NCBI RefSeq assembly: GCF_009914755.1 | Contig: NC_060928.1 | Length of the DNA stretch: 64,000 nt | Source of the DNA: the human T2T-CHM13v2.0 reference genome, Homo sapiens | Strand: one strand, 5' to 3' | Shown: piece by piece, positions 41,325 through 54,420 of the stretch | Layout: the number at the start of each line of letters is the position of its first letter | Position numbering within the stretch: position 1 is the stretch's first letter | Notes under the pieces: generated by a model | Database searches by the model: none | Told to the model about the DNA's origin: nothing | What the model saw: only the letters and a program-made list of their open reading frames with translations | Translations under genes and position numbers: made by a program

Positions 41325-43139
41325 TCTTCCATCATTTTATATTAGGTTATATATGTTGTTCTACATCATTTTTTCCTGTGCATGTGTATGTGTATTCAGT
41401 AGAATAAGTGGGAAAGAATTGAGCCACTTATGATCACCTCAGTATTCTACTCCATATGATTAATTTGAGGCCTGTTCATAGGAAACCTATTTTGTATTTA
41501 AAATATCTATGAATAAATATTTTACAATGCATAATAAATGTTTCAGTAGTTGTAAAAATTTAAATTCACACACGTTTATGATTTTACTGTGTTTCTAATG
41601 TCAATATATAATGAATTTGCTAGTTGCTTAGTGGCTTCTGTTGACTAACTCAACAGCTTATATTCTGGTGATTTTGAGACATGGCTGCAAATACTGTGAC
41701 ATTCTAATCAAACCATAGTCCCTCCCCTTGAAATTTAGTAAGGCTTGTCGCTGTCTCAGCAAAGAAAGCATGGTGGAAGTGTCAGCATAATTTTGAAGAC
41801 TGTGTTAGAAAAGTACATTATTTCTGTCTGTCTCTCTGTCTCTGTCTGTCTTTGTTTTTATTTATATATCTTTCTTTCTCTCTCTCTGTCCTTTTTCCTT
41901 CCCTCTTCTTTTCTCCCTCTGTACATTTTGGATCCCTGTGTTACAGCCAAAGTCCTGATGATAAATGACAGTTGGGGAGGGGCGCACAGAGGAGACTATG
42001 AAGTCATGATTATTCAGTCAAGAAGGAGTTTCAGTCTTTTTACATCAATCACTAAGTATGTGAATGAATGACCTTCAGATGATTACATCTCCAGCCACCA
42101 TATGAAAGTAACAACCTGAGAAATACTCTGTATGAACCACCTGGCTGAGTCCACCCAAAACTCATGTTATGAGATTTCTGATTAAATGCTTATTGTTTTT
42201 CAAAGTCCCCACATTTGAGGGAGTTGGTTATGAAGTGACAGATAACTAAAATCATATTTCTAAAAACTTAATTATGCATTCATAATAATATACAGTTAAT
42301 ATAGAGGCAAGAAAATGAAAACAACAAATGTAACATTTTGAAAATAACTGTAACCCAGAAAGGGGAGTCAGCATAGCATGGTGGTTAAGAGCTCTTGCAC
42401 TCTGGATCCAGTTAGCCTGGATTCAAGTCCCTGCAAAACCACTACAGAATTATGTGGGGTTTGGCAAATTGCCTCACCTGTAAGCCTCAACTTCTCCATC
42501 AGTGAAATGGAGATGGAGCAATGCCATTATCTACCTCATGTGGCTGATGAAAGGTTGGATGCATTAACTTTGTAAAGCACTACAGTTGCTGTATGTAGCA
42601 AATTAAATTTGCATTAATTATAATAAGTATTAAGTAGACAGAAAAATGTTCACAATTTGAGTCCTTACCTAAAATGCCTCATGTATTTTAAATGTATCAT
42701 ATTTCAAATGTAAATGATAAAAATGACAGAATTTGTTATTTTAATATGTCAGAATTAAATTTATGATAATTTAATTAACCAAGGGCTGACAAATCAATTG
42801 GGTCCTCTGGGCAAAATTTGGTCAGCCACATGTTTACATGATTTTTTTTAATATTTGAGGTAAAATTACATAAAATAACATGTACTATTTTAACAATTTA
42901 AAAGTGAGCAATTCAGTGGCATTGACAATATTGTGTAATTATCACTTCTATCTAGATCCAAAATTGTCACTAACCTAAAAGGATGTTGATACACATTAGA
43001 CAGTCACTCTCCATTCAAGCTTACCCTATCCTGGTAACACGGCATTTTTGTTAAAATCATTCCGTTATATATTAGAAGATTTTTTTAAGACATACAAAAA
43101 TTATATTTTTTCTTAATTCTCTTGATGTTATGTCTTTTC

Positions 43140-44910
43140 TTATTCATTGGTTTTCTTATGTTTAACCTTCCCTGCATCTCTGAAATAAATCCCAGTTCAC
43201 CATAGTGTATAATCTTTTTGATGTGCTGTTGGATTTGATTGGCTAATATTTGTTGAGAATTTTTGCATCTATGTTCATCAGAAAAGTTGGCCTATAGATT
43301 TTTTTTCTGTATTTTTATTTATTTTTTATTTTTTTGGTTCCTTCTTTCTGGTTTTGGTATCAAGGTAATCCTTACCCAGCCATTAAACACTATTTTTTAA
43401 AACATTAAATTCTCTTTAATGATTTGGAAGAAAAAAGTTAGAAAAATGGTTTAACTGATTTTTAATATTTTGAATGAAATGAGCACATTTTTATGTGAGT
43501 TTTTATTCCTGCTTCAATTTTATTACTCATTATTTCTCTCCTCATGCTTCTGTTTCTTCATAAGTCAATTCTGATTGAATGTACATGTCTAAGAATTTAT
43601 CTATATCATTTAGATCTTTTAATTTGTTGGAAGGTGTTTGTTTACAATAATCTCTTATAATCCTTTGTACTTTTGTGTATCAGTTGTTATGTGTCCTTTT
43701 CATCTCTTATTTCATTTATTTCAGTCATCTCTTTTTGTAGCTATTCTAGCTGAAGCTTTTTCAATTTCTGTATTTAAAAAAACCATATTTTCTCTTGTTG
43801 ATCTTTAAATATATTCCAAAGGATTTTTTTTAACTTCATATTTTCTGTTTCCTGACCTCTTTTATAAAAAAAGTGCCTGGAATTCTCTATCAGAAATTTT
43901 ATATACATTTATTTCTTCTACTGCATTAGGTGAGTTCTGTTGTTTTTTTAGTGGTGTTGTATTTCCTTTCATCTGTACATTGCTGTTTCCATACTTAAAG
44001 AGATATCCACATGTTCTAACTTTTATAGGTGTATTCTTGTGTTGTTCAACCTTTACTACTTAATATTGGAATCTAATTCCTTGCCACCAGTTGCTTTTTG
44101 TTTAGGCAAGGACTGAATATTTGCCACCAGAATTTAATACTGCACCAAAACTCAGTATTTGCTTTAATGTTGTTTTCCAGTCTTGGGAGACTTATTGTGA
44201 GCATCTGAACTTAAATGCTGCACTGGTACTTAAACCCAGACTTGCAGTGATTTCTAGATCTGGGAGACATTTAAACAAGCCTTGGAACTTAATTTCAAGT
44301 CTTATACTTGTTTCCCAGTCATGGAAAATCTCCACATGACTACCTGGGAATTGTAAAATTTTGTCAAAGATTCAGGCCTTCCTTAAGATTTTGCCCCCTG
44401 CAGTGCTATGGTTCTGGTGAGACTCCTCTGTGTGGCATCCCCGTATCTAGGAACACAAAGCAGATGCCAAGATCTGTGTGGTGATCACTGTGATTACTAC
44501 TCCATCTCCTGTCCCCAATTTACCCCAGGTGGTTCAGCCCTCTGAACACTCTTAATACCGTCTGTGGGGTGGGACAAATGTGGGCTTTCCCCTCAAATTT
44601 ACAGATCCATGAAGAAATTAAATGTCCACTTGAAATTCCCTCCTCCCATTTCAATAACTGCAGGTGAAAGGAAGTTCCCTCACAGTGGTGTCATTTTGGT
44701 TTGTGGAAGCGGGGTGGTACAGTCCAAAAAAATTAATCATCTTACCAATCATAAGTTTTCTCATGTCTGTGAGTCTTCGGGTTTTCTCCTTCTGCCTTGA
44801 GATCTGGTGAATTCAGAGTGGCATTTTTGTATTTGGATAGCTACTGGTTGTACTTTTGTGAGGGAATTGATGTTGGGTTTCTAAAATTTTATCATTTTGT
44901 TGACATCACA
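43140..44910 (-). mobile_element. Decayed L1M fragments
   Basis: tgtgctgttggatttgattggctaatatttgttgagaatttttgcatctatgttcatcag (ORF2 antisense); boundaries approximate. Confidence 0.65.
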
Positions 44911-45265
44911 AAATGTCAACAAATTGACACTTGATATTGTTGAAATAGTTTTATGAGTTTGCAAACCATTATGTTTTTAGAATTTGATGTCTACCAAATA
45001 TTAAACAAGCTGGACATTTCTCACTTAAATGTTCTGTATAATTATTTGGTTGTGTGCCTTTCTAGTAAATAATTATGTTCTGAAGCCGTATGTTTCTAAC
45101 ACAAACTTTATCATTTCTATTCTAAAATGCATCTCAGAATATAGGGACAATATAACTATATATATGACAACTTCAACTTCACAGTTTTACTTTAGAAGTA
45201 TGCATAAACTATACTATTCTATGTGGCATTACTTCTTTATAATGAAGAACATTTTTTCTCTGTAG

Positions 45266-48210
45266 GAAATGGAAGAATTTGTCCAGAGCTCTGATGAAGA
45301 TGGTGTTGTGTTTTCTCTGGAGCCAGTAGTGCAAAACCTTACAGAAGAAAAGGCTGATCTTATGGCTTCAGCCCTGGTTCAGATTCCACAAAATGTCAGT
45401 AGAACCTCCAATCCTTATAAGAAGCTATTCACACAATGGAGAAAGTATGGCTTTCCACCTGGAACTTGAATCTCATTTTTCAATTTGCATAGCAGGCACT
45501 AGATTTATGTAACAATTTGGAAAGCATTATGGTAGTGCATGTGGGCACAACTGATTATTTTCCTAGTGATCTTTGCTATTACTTTTGTAACACTTCTCTT
45601 GGATGTCATTTGTTTATAATAAATTAAAAATAAAGCATTAAGTCCCTATTTCACGTTGCAGGATTTGAAATCCTAAGACCTATTCTGATGACTTCAAAAG
45701 AAACTTCTTAAGTGTAATAGCTCAAAGGGACAGAAAAATTGGGGGATAATATAAAAAAGAGAAGAATCATGCTCAGTAGTATCCTCAACATATTTGATTG
45801 TATGGGAACTCTATTCAGTGTATTTGAACATAAAAGTAGGAGCTTAGATTTATGTAGTCTTTCTAATGAACTGGAGTTTTCTATGGTTAAAAGCCAATTA
45901 TGATTTTAACATTAGAGGCTAACAATCTGCATGTAATACTTTATGATGTTCAATTAAATTTATTATTACTGTAATTCTAGATTTCCTCTCTTTAGTTAGT
46001 GATATTTATACACTAGCCTAGAGGGGTTTTTTTAATTTTGTGTTTAGTTAAATTTCAAAACACTCAATAAAAGCAAGTAAACTAATTAGGAATGTGAAAT
46101 TAGTCTTGATTATGAGATTCTCTTTTTGGGAGTTTAGAATAACTGTGTAATCCTTTGTTTTCAAGTGTAAGATTTTCATATTGGTCTCCAGAAAAAAAAA
46201 AGTAACTAAGGTACAAATACAAACAAAATTCAACATTGAGCAATGAAATATAAGTAACTTCTGTCTCTTTCTTTTTTAATTAAAAATAAATATATAAAAT
46301 TAAGGAGAGAAGGAGGCTTAAAGAGAAAAGACAACCAAATATCCAAAACCAGAACAAAGCCAAAGCAATATTTGTCTCTGGGAAACTGTAAATTTGATAA
46401 TAGAGCTAGAGTGGCCAAGTGATTTACATTTACACAGAAGTTGTGTGTCCATAAGGATATTTAATTTCCATATGCTGACTAATTAGCCAACACTGCTTTA
46501 TTTTTTTGTTATTTTTATAATCTCACTCATAGAAGCTTTGAGTTTGCCATAAACAAAATAATAAATGGTATACTTAAGAGTTGAATGGTATCCACCCTTT
46601 TAAAAGGTGACTGTAAACAGTCCTACTATTTCTTCCAGTGATTACAAAGGAATCTTATATACCCCTGTCTCAAATATCATCTGAAATAGATTGGATTGTA
46701 TGAATTATAATACCTCTGAAAACTCAAAATACTATTATCTTGTGGTTTAGCTTGTGGAATGCATACATTTTCTTCCTCAGGTTTTATGGAGATTCCAAGG
46801 AAAGAAACCAACTACATTAGGAAGCAATACTCAGCTCTATGTTTGGATATCCCAGAGTGATCTTCATGGTAAGATTATGACAAAGTAAAAATAAAAAATT
46901 TCATGAGGGAAAAATGTAATAACTAACATCTAATACATGTAACAAAAATTTAAAATTTATAGTCTGTTACTTTACCTTTAATTTTAAAGTATATATAATT
47001 AAAAAATTGGTCATTAATTTTTTGGACTCTTACTTTCTATTTTTCAAGTAAATTTCAAGCAATGCAGGAATAAATTAATGCCTCTTTTTCTTAAGATAGC
47101 AAATTTCTTTTGTAATAATGCCCTTTGTGTTCACTTTTGTAGAAAATTCTGCCCTCTTCAGTGCGTTATTTCATAGATTTTTACCCTACATGTCTCTGAA
47201 ATTCTTTTAAGATACGATAATAAAAATCTTACTTCTCACTCAGTTCCCACACTAGGTCATCCCCAAACCCAAGCTTTTATCACTCAAGGTGATATAAATG
47301 AGATACATGAAGCTATTTACCATGCAGTCCCTATGGTGGGAGTTCCCATGTCTGGTGATCAGCCTGATAAGACCTCTCATATGAAAGCCAAATAAGCAAC
47401 TGTGCAGGTGAACATGAATACAATTACACGGGCAGAATTGCTTAGGTCTTTGAGAACAGTTGCTAATGATCCTTTGTAAGTATTACTGCCTTAAAAGGCT
47501 TATCTACCTACCATTGATTATGTTATAATCATACTAGAAAATGTCAGGGGCCATACCTGAAGACTATTTAAAAGATATTTCCCCTCAATCTCAGGTCATT
47601 CATCATCTTACCATTGCAAGTCCTGGAAATGGTAATGCATAGAGTGTCAATCTTCCTTCTTGGAAACACTAGATTTAAATTAAGGACCAGCTTACTAAGT
47701 ATTTTTCTATGTCTTCATTTTACCCATTCTGCTAAGAATATGCTTCTTTTTCAATTTCCCCACTGTAGCTCTTCAGTGCTATGCAACCAACAAAGTTAGT
47801 ATCACAACAAGGATCAATCTTTTATTCAACAAGGTTTTGGATTGTATAATATATGCTATGGTTTACCTACTTCTTTTTAATGAACGCAAAACAAAACTCT
47901 CTGTTTTCCATGTGTGCTCTTGTTTTCCAGTTATAAACAGAATGCTATGAGATTATCAAGAATTCACCATGATCAACCTGTAAAGCCCCTGGATTGAGCA
48001 GTTTTCTGGATCGAGTTTGTCATGCGCCACAAAGGAGCCAAGCACCCTTGGCTAGCTGCCCACAACCTCTCCTAGTACCAGTGCCACTCTTTGGATGTGA
48101 TTGTGTTTTGGCTGGTCTCCGTAGCAATTACTATATTGTTGGTCACAAAACTTTGTTTGTTTTTCTGTTGAAAATTTGGTAAAATAGGAAAGAAGAAAAA
48201 GAGGAAATAG
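45266..48210 (+). pseudogene. 5'-truncated unprocessed UGT2A-type pseudogene: exon 3 (45266-45394), exon 4 (46781-46868), exon 5 (47256-47475), exon 6 (47931-48210)
   Basis: [43 protein letters not shown]; [20 protein letters not shown]; tail KFGKIGKKKKRK* resembling UGT2A1/2; stops at 47393, 47995, 48073 and 48169; all AG/GT retained. Confidence 0.92.
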
Positions 48211-50329
48211 ATGTTTCCAAATTTGGGAAAGGCAAGAATGGAGCAATCTTGATAATTTTTCATCCACAGATAATTTAAAAAGAACACATTACTTTCTCTC
48301 CATTTCCATATTTTCCACTGTAATATTTTATCTTAGCTATATAGCCTAAAATTTAAACAATTAATCTCGGGGGGGAGTGTCGCATTCTTTTGTTGTATTT
48401 TCCTAGGCGATTTGATCCTTTTCTAATACATTGCTGACACAAGATCACTAACAATTCTAAAATGTCCTATTCATGATATCACTATTTTTATGATGTCACA
48501 TTTTTTAAACCTTAGTTGATATGTTTATTCACAATATGCTGGTCCTGTGTAGTGCATAAATATGAACTGACATCAATAGATGTAAAGAAGTCAAAAGCAT
48601 AAAATTCACAGGAGGCAATAGACTATACAAGTCATGGAAGTGTTCTATGATATTAGTTTGTTATTAAAAACATAACAATGTTCCCTTTTTGATAAAAATA
48701 AGCCATTTTACATAGCCAACAGTACTGGGCTTAGACCATGAATTGGTAATGATAATAATGATAGTGCATTACTCTGGAAAAGGTTTAGTATATTTCTCTA
48801 GAACTCATCTAGATATTATGGCCTACATTTCTGCCTTTAGTCCAATATTTTTTGTGTCCTCAATGAGAAAGAGATAGTTATCATCAATGTGTTCAAACAA
48901 AAGGGTAAGTGATCCTTTCTTAGGGAGAGAATATGTCAACAAGGTGATCAAGTTGAACAGATTATTTTAGGAGAGGTAATGACAGGAAACATTTTATTAA
49001 AAATACTAATTTTAAAAAACTTTGATCGTTTACTTGACAAAGATTTAAATGTCTTTATTAAATATGTATTTATTAAAGTATAATTCACTAAAAGAAAATA
49101 GATATTTACTTTAAAACTAAGATTATTATGTTGTTTTTCAGTCTCAAGCTTCTAGATATATATAAGTTCATTAAATAATTGCTTACATGCAAGAATTTAA
49201 GATATTAGAAAATCTGCATGACCAAGAATATATGGTATATTATAATAAATATGTTGCAAGGTAAATCTCTACATTAAATTAAATATTTATATTATAATAA
49301 TCTTTACATCAATTTAAAAAATATGTTAAACTTATTATTTTCTTTAGTGTTTTATAGTCAGTGACATGCTTATTTAATGTTTTGAGTTCTGTATTTATTA
49401 AATAAATAAATAACCTTAATTGGCTTACTGAAAATTTTAAAATACTTATAAAATTAATAAGGTATATTTACAAATGAATTCCAATTGTAAAATGACTATA
49501 TAAAAGAAAATGTAAATATTTTTTCTGGTACATGTATATGACTAATACACATACTAAAGTATAATAATTAAATAAATTTATTTTCAAGTATTTAGAACTT
49601 TTTACATTTTTATTTTGATGTGTATTTTTACTTTTACGATTTTATTATAATCTGGGAAGGGCTGCTTACATCTCTTTTTAGGGTAATTTTTTCTTTGTAA
49701 TTAAATGCAGCAATTGGCTAAGATGTTGTGATAGGTGGGAAGCCATCTCGATACTTGAGCCTTCTAACATTCTGGGGCTCTGGGTGGTCCTTTATGAGAC
49801 TCCCTGTCACTAAAGAGCCATTGCTTATAAGACTTTCATTCTTCATCATTCTGGCATTGTGTTTTGAGATCAGCAGCAATCAGTATCCAACTGGCCTTCT
49901 GTTTGTAATATGTTCTGTCCTAACCATTTCATCCTTTTCCAAGAATCTACTCAGGATTGTTATCACCTCCTTGTAAGGAACTCCCAGCCTAGAGTCCCAA
50001 AACCCATGAAAAACAAAGAAAGAAATATTGAAAAAAAAGGATTTTTAATGAGAGATTAATGTTTATATGAGTTATCAGAGAGGAAAGCAAAATTTACATT
50101 TCTAATATGCATATACAAATTTTATGTGTATCAGATAGATTAAGACAGGAGTTTCCAACTTTTGCTACACATGAAAAAAATAGGGGAGTTTTTATTATAA
50201 CAACACCAATGCCCATTTCTCATATTAATAAATAAAGAATATCTTTCAAAAGCCAAGAATTTGTATTGTTAAAAGATGTCTCAGTGATTCCAATGCATAG
50301 TGGAATATGGAAAACACTGGATTAAAGTC

Positions 50330-51833
50330 AAATTTTCAAAAGTCACAGAAAAGAGAGAATCTTGAAAATCGCAAGAGAAAAATGACTCATCACATATAAG
50401 TGAGTTTGAATAAGAGTATCAACAAGAACCTCAGCAGAAAACTTCCAAATCAAAAGTAAATGAGATGATATATTCAAAGTGCTGAAAGAAAAAGAAAAAG
50501 AAACCTGCTAAACAAGACTACTATTTGGCAGAATTATATCTTTCAATATTTATAGAATATTGAATACTTTCTACAATAAAAAATAAAACACCAATTGAAG
50601 AAAAGAGTCATTACAAGACCTGACTATAAGAGACCCTGTCCTTCAAGCTTAAATGAAAGGATGCTAGATATCAAAACAAAGGCATATACAAATAGAAAGC
50701 CCTGTTGCAAAGGTAAACATACAGTCCAATGTAGAGCTTTATAATGTTGATGTATAAATTACTTTCAATTTTGGAATACAATTTGAAAGACAAAAACATA
50801 AAAAACTATGAATCTATCTAAATAAGTCTATCTGAAAAAAGAAATATTACACAACATAAAAAGATATAATTAGTGACACCAGTAACATAAAATGAAGATA
50901 GTAGTAGAGTTTCCATATGTGATTGAAGTCATGTTTTGAACAATTCAAAATACATTTTTATAACTGTAAAATATTTTATGTAATCTTCACAAGTAACTAA
51001 AAAATATCCCTATAGAAGATACACAAAAGAACTAAGAAAAAAAAAACCCTTATGATTTAACAAGCACGGTGGTGTGAGGAAAGTTTCTGATAAATACCTA
51101 CATAAAAAAGAAGAAAGATCTGATATAAGCAACCTAACTTTACACCTCAAGAAATGAGAAAAAATAATTTTAAGCTCAAAAGCATCAGAAGGAAGAAAGC
51201 ATTAAAGATTAGAACAGAAATAAATAACATATAGAATAGAAAAAAAAATCAGCCAAACTAAGAGTCAGGTTTTTGAAAAGGTCAATAAAATTGAAATGTT
51301 TGTATCTAGACTGATTTTAAGATAAAAGAGAGAAGAGTTGAATAAACAAAATCGTATATATATATAAAACCTCTACAATGTAGCAACTACAACCCAATTT
51401 AGAAAAAAACAACTTGAACATGCATTTATCCAAAAAGTATTATATGGGACAAAAGCATATAAAAATATGTTCAACATCACTAATCATTACAGAAATGTAA
51501 ATCAAAAATATAATGAGCTATCACTTCATAACCATTAGGAGGGTGTATATGTATGTGTGTGTATATATATATATATATATAAAACATCTCTTAAATAGGT
51601 TATGAGCTATCACCTCATAACAATTAGGATGGTTTACATATATGTTTATACATACAAATGCACATTATATACCTATATAAACATATATACTATATAACAT
51701 AGATATACATATATATAATATAAATATGCACACCTATATATATAATATATACACACATATGCATAAATAAAAAAACATTCTAAAGTTAGAGAACTCTATA
51801 TTGGACTGTATATTCACCTTTGCCACATAGCTT

Positions 51834-51873
<40 letters not shown>

Positions 51874-52440
51874 TATGCGCATAGGTCAGAAAATTAAAAT
51901 AGAATTTACATATGGCTCAACAATATTACTACTAGGTAATTATCCAGAACAAATGAAAAGCAAGATTTTGAAAAGCTATTGGCACATCCAAGTTCTTCGC
52001 AACATTATTCACAAGTGTAAAGAGAGGAACGCAACCCAAGTATCCACCGATAAATGAAAGGACAGAGAAAACATGGTATATACATGCAATGGAACACTAT
52101 TTAGCTTGAAAAAAGAAGAAAATTCTGTCATATATAACAACATGAGGAACTTTGAGCCTATTATGATATGTGAAATAAGTCAGTCACAAAAAGACAAATA
52201 CTATGTGAGTCCACTTATATGTGGTATCAAAATTAGTAAAATTCATACAAACAGAAAATAAAATGGAGGCTGCCAGGGGCTGCCAAAAGGTAGAAGTGGT
52301 GTTGTTCAATGGGTTTTGCAAGATGAAAAATTATAGAGACTTGTTGTACAGCAATGTGAAAATAGTTAACATTACTGAATTGTAAATTTAAACATTGTTA
52401 CGATGGGAAATTGTATAGTACCTGTTTTTACCACAATCAA
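50330..52440 (+). mobile_element. Decayed L1M fragments (ORF1 end, ORF2 pieces, 3' UTR)
   Basis: gcaagagaaaaatgactcatcacatataag; gatatattcaaagtgctgaaagaaa; gtgaaataagtcagtcacaaaaagacaaatacta; contains (CA)n at 51836-51871. Confidence 0.75.
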
Positions 52441-53049
52441 TTACTCAATAGTTACATGTAAAATTGAAAATTTTAAATGTTATCACGTTTAATTTTCCCT
52501 AAACTTAAAAAAAAACTTCTTTGAAGTTGACTATATATTCTTAATCAAGGAATAAAAACAGGCTAGATGATATATGTTTAACTCTATATGTTTTCTTTCA
52601 CTTCTCTCTTTAATTATTCACCCACTTTGAACTCTGTGTTGGCCAAAAATTATCATAATATTAAAGAACTAACTGTATATTCCCAAGCACACAAAATATA
52701 TTTTTCCATGATTGAACAAAGTAATATATTAATAAATTTGAAGATAATGATTATTACTACTATAAATCTATAAAAACTAAGGAAAAATCTGAAGGTAACT
52801 GTTCAATGTGCAAAAGCATTCCCAGAAAATAAACCAAAAAAACATTTTCTTGGAATTATGTATTGTGTTTTTGAAATGACTAAGTTGATAAACATATATA
52901 ACCAGTTTTATACAACCAGTTTTATATGTATTATCTTTTGAATTGTGCATAATGCTTTGTTCATACCTTAATTCATACTTGACTTTCTCAAAATTAATTT
53001 CCTATGCAACATCAACCTTCAAAATTAAGTGTATTGCTACATAACACTC

Positions 53050-53395
53050 TTGTTAGTTTGCTAGGGCTGCCATAACAAAGTATCACAGACTACATGGTAT
53101 AAACAATAGTTATTTATTTTATCACAATTTGGGGGGCTAGAAGTGTGATCACAGTGTCACTGACAGGGTTAGTTTTTCCTAAGGACTCTCTCATTGTCTT
53201 GTAGATTGCTGTCTTCCTCCAGGGTCTTCACATAGTCTCCCTTCTGTATATGTCCTTATCTTCATATGGGATGGGTTCTATGGGCCTTTATTTTACCTTA
53301 ATTTCTTCAGTAAAGGACTTATTTCCAAATGCAGTCCTATTCTGAGGTACTGGGTGTTAGAACACCAAATATGAACTTGGAATGAGAGACACAAG
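53050..53395 (-). mobile_element. MLT1-type MaLR LTR
   Basis: ttagtttgctagggctgccataacaaagtatcacagac...tccaaatgcagtcctattctgaggtactgggtgttag. Confidence 0.8.
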
Positions 53396-53899
53396 ATCAA
53401 ATCAAAATAAATTCTATACATTTTGATTTGAAAAATCAATAGTAGATAAGCGTGGTCAAAATATACACTTTCTATCATTCCAACATTAAGAGAAATACAT
53501 TGAGAGAAAGTATTCTGCTCAAATAAACACTCAAATCCAAAGAACAGAATCAAAAACATCTTATGTAAACTGTTAAGACCTGAGGGTGAGCATTCTTAGA
53601 CTCAATTAGAAAGTTTTTCAGTTGTGTTTAGTTGTAGGTGTTTGAATTCCTGTTTGATAAAAGCACTTTTTAAGAAGCTTTTATGTAATTTGAGCTATAC
53701 TGTTTAATTCTATTAACCATTCCATTAAAGCAGCTATTTGTAACTTTGAACATTAGGGTAAATAGATTGTGCAAAGTTCAGACTCACTCACTGTCAACTG
53801 GTTGAGAAATTGAAACTTAAAACATAGTTATGATTATTCTGGATTATGAACTTCTTGCACTTGTTTTGAGCTCAGGGTTAATTAGACCAAGAGCTGATC

Positions 53900-54420
53900 A
53901 TAGAGACTAAATGGCTTCCATGTTATTTTCCTGTTGCATCTGTGCTTCTTTGACTCTGGAAGGACTGGAAAAGTACTTGTATGGTCCATGAATTGTAGTC
54001 AATTAATTTAAGAGTGTTCAGCTTCTTTTAAACTGCTGACATTTTTATGATCAGCATGCAAATAAAGCTGTCACAAGTGGAGAAATAATTTCCAAAATAT
54101 GAGTGACAGTGTTGTAATAATTGAGGAGTCATTCAGCAGGCTGTAAGCACACAAGTTCAATTTCTCTTTTGCAGACCCTTTAGCTTAATGTGGAAAGTTG
54201 ATGGCTGAGCTCCTCGACATTTCATTTATATATATTCTTTTTAATTTACCCATGGGAATGGCAGATGTCTCACTCCTTCATGTATTACTGGCAGCACATC
54301 AGACTGACAGACAATATGACTTATGTGCAAAGATTAATTACATTTTGTTCTATATAACTTGCGAGCTGCTATTTTATTGTATATTTCTAGAATAGGGTGA
54401 GTAGTATAAGTAAGTGTTAG
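53900..54420 (+). pseudogene. Decayed UGT2 exon 1 relic (signal peptide and substrate-binding domain), internally deleted; possibly UGT2C-like
   Basis: Frame pieces: (I)ETKWL..FLLHLCFFDSGRTGKVLVWSMNCS; MQIKL; SDSVVIIEESFSRL*AHKFNFSFADPLA*CGKLMAELLDISFIY; GSTS..TDNMTYVQRL; IFLE*GE*Y..KVL(G)|GT donor at 54421; start codon degenerate (ATA). Confidence 0.85.
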
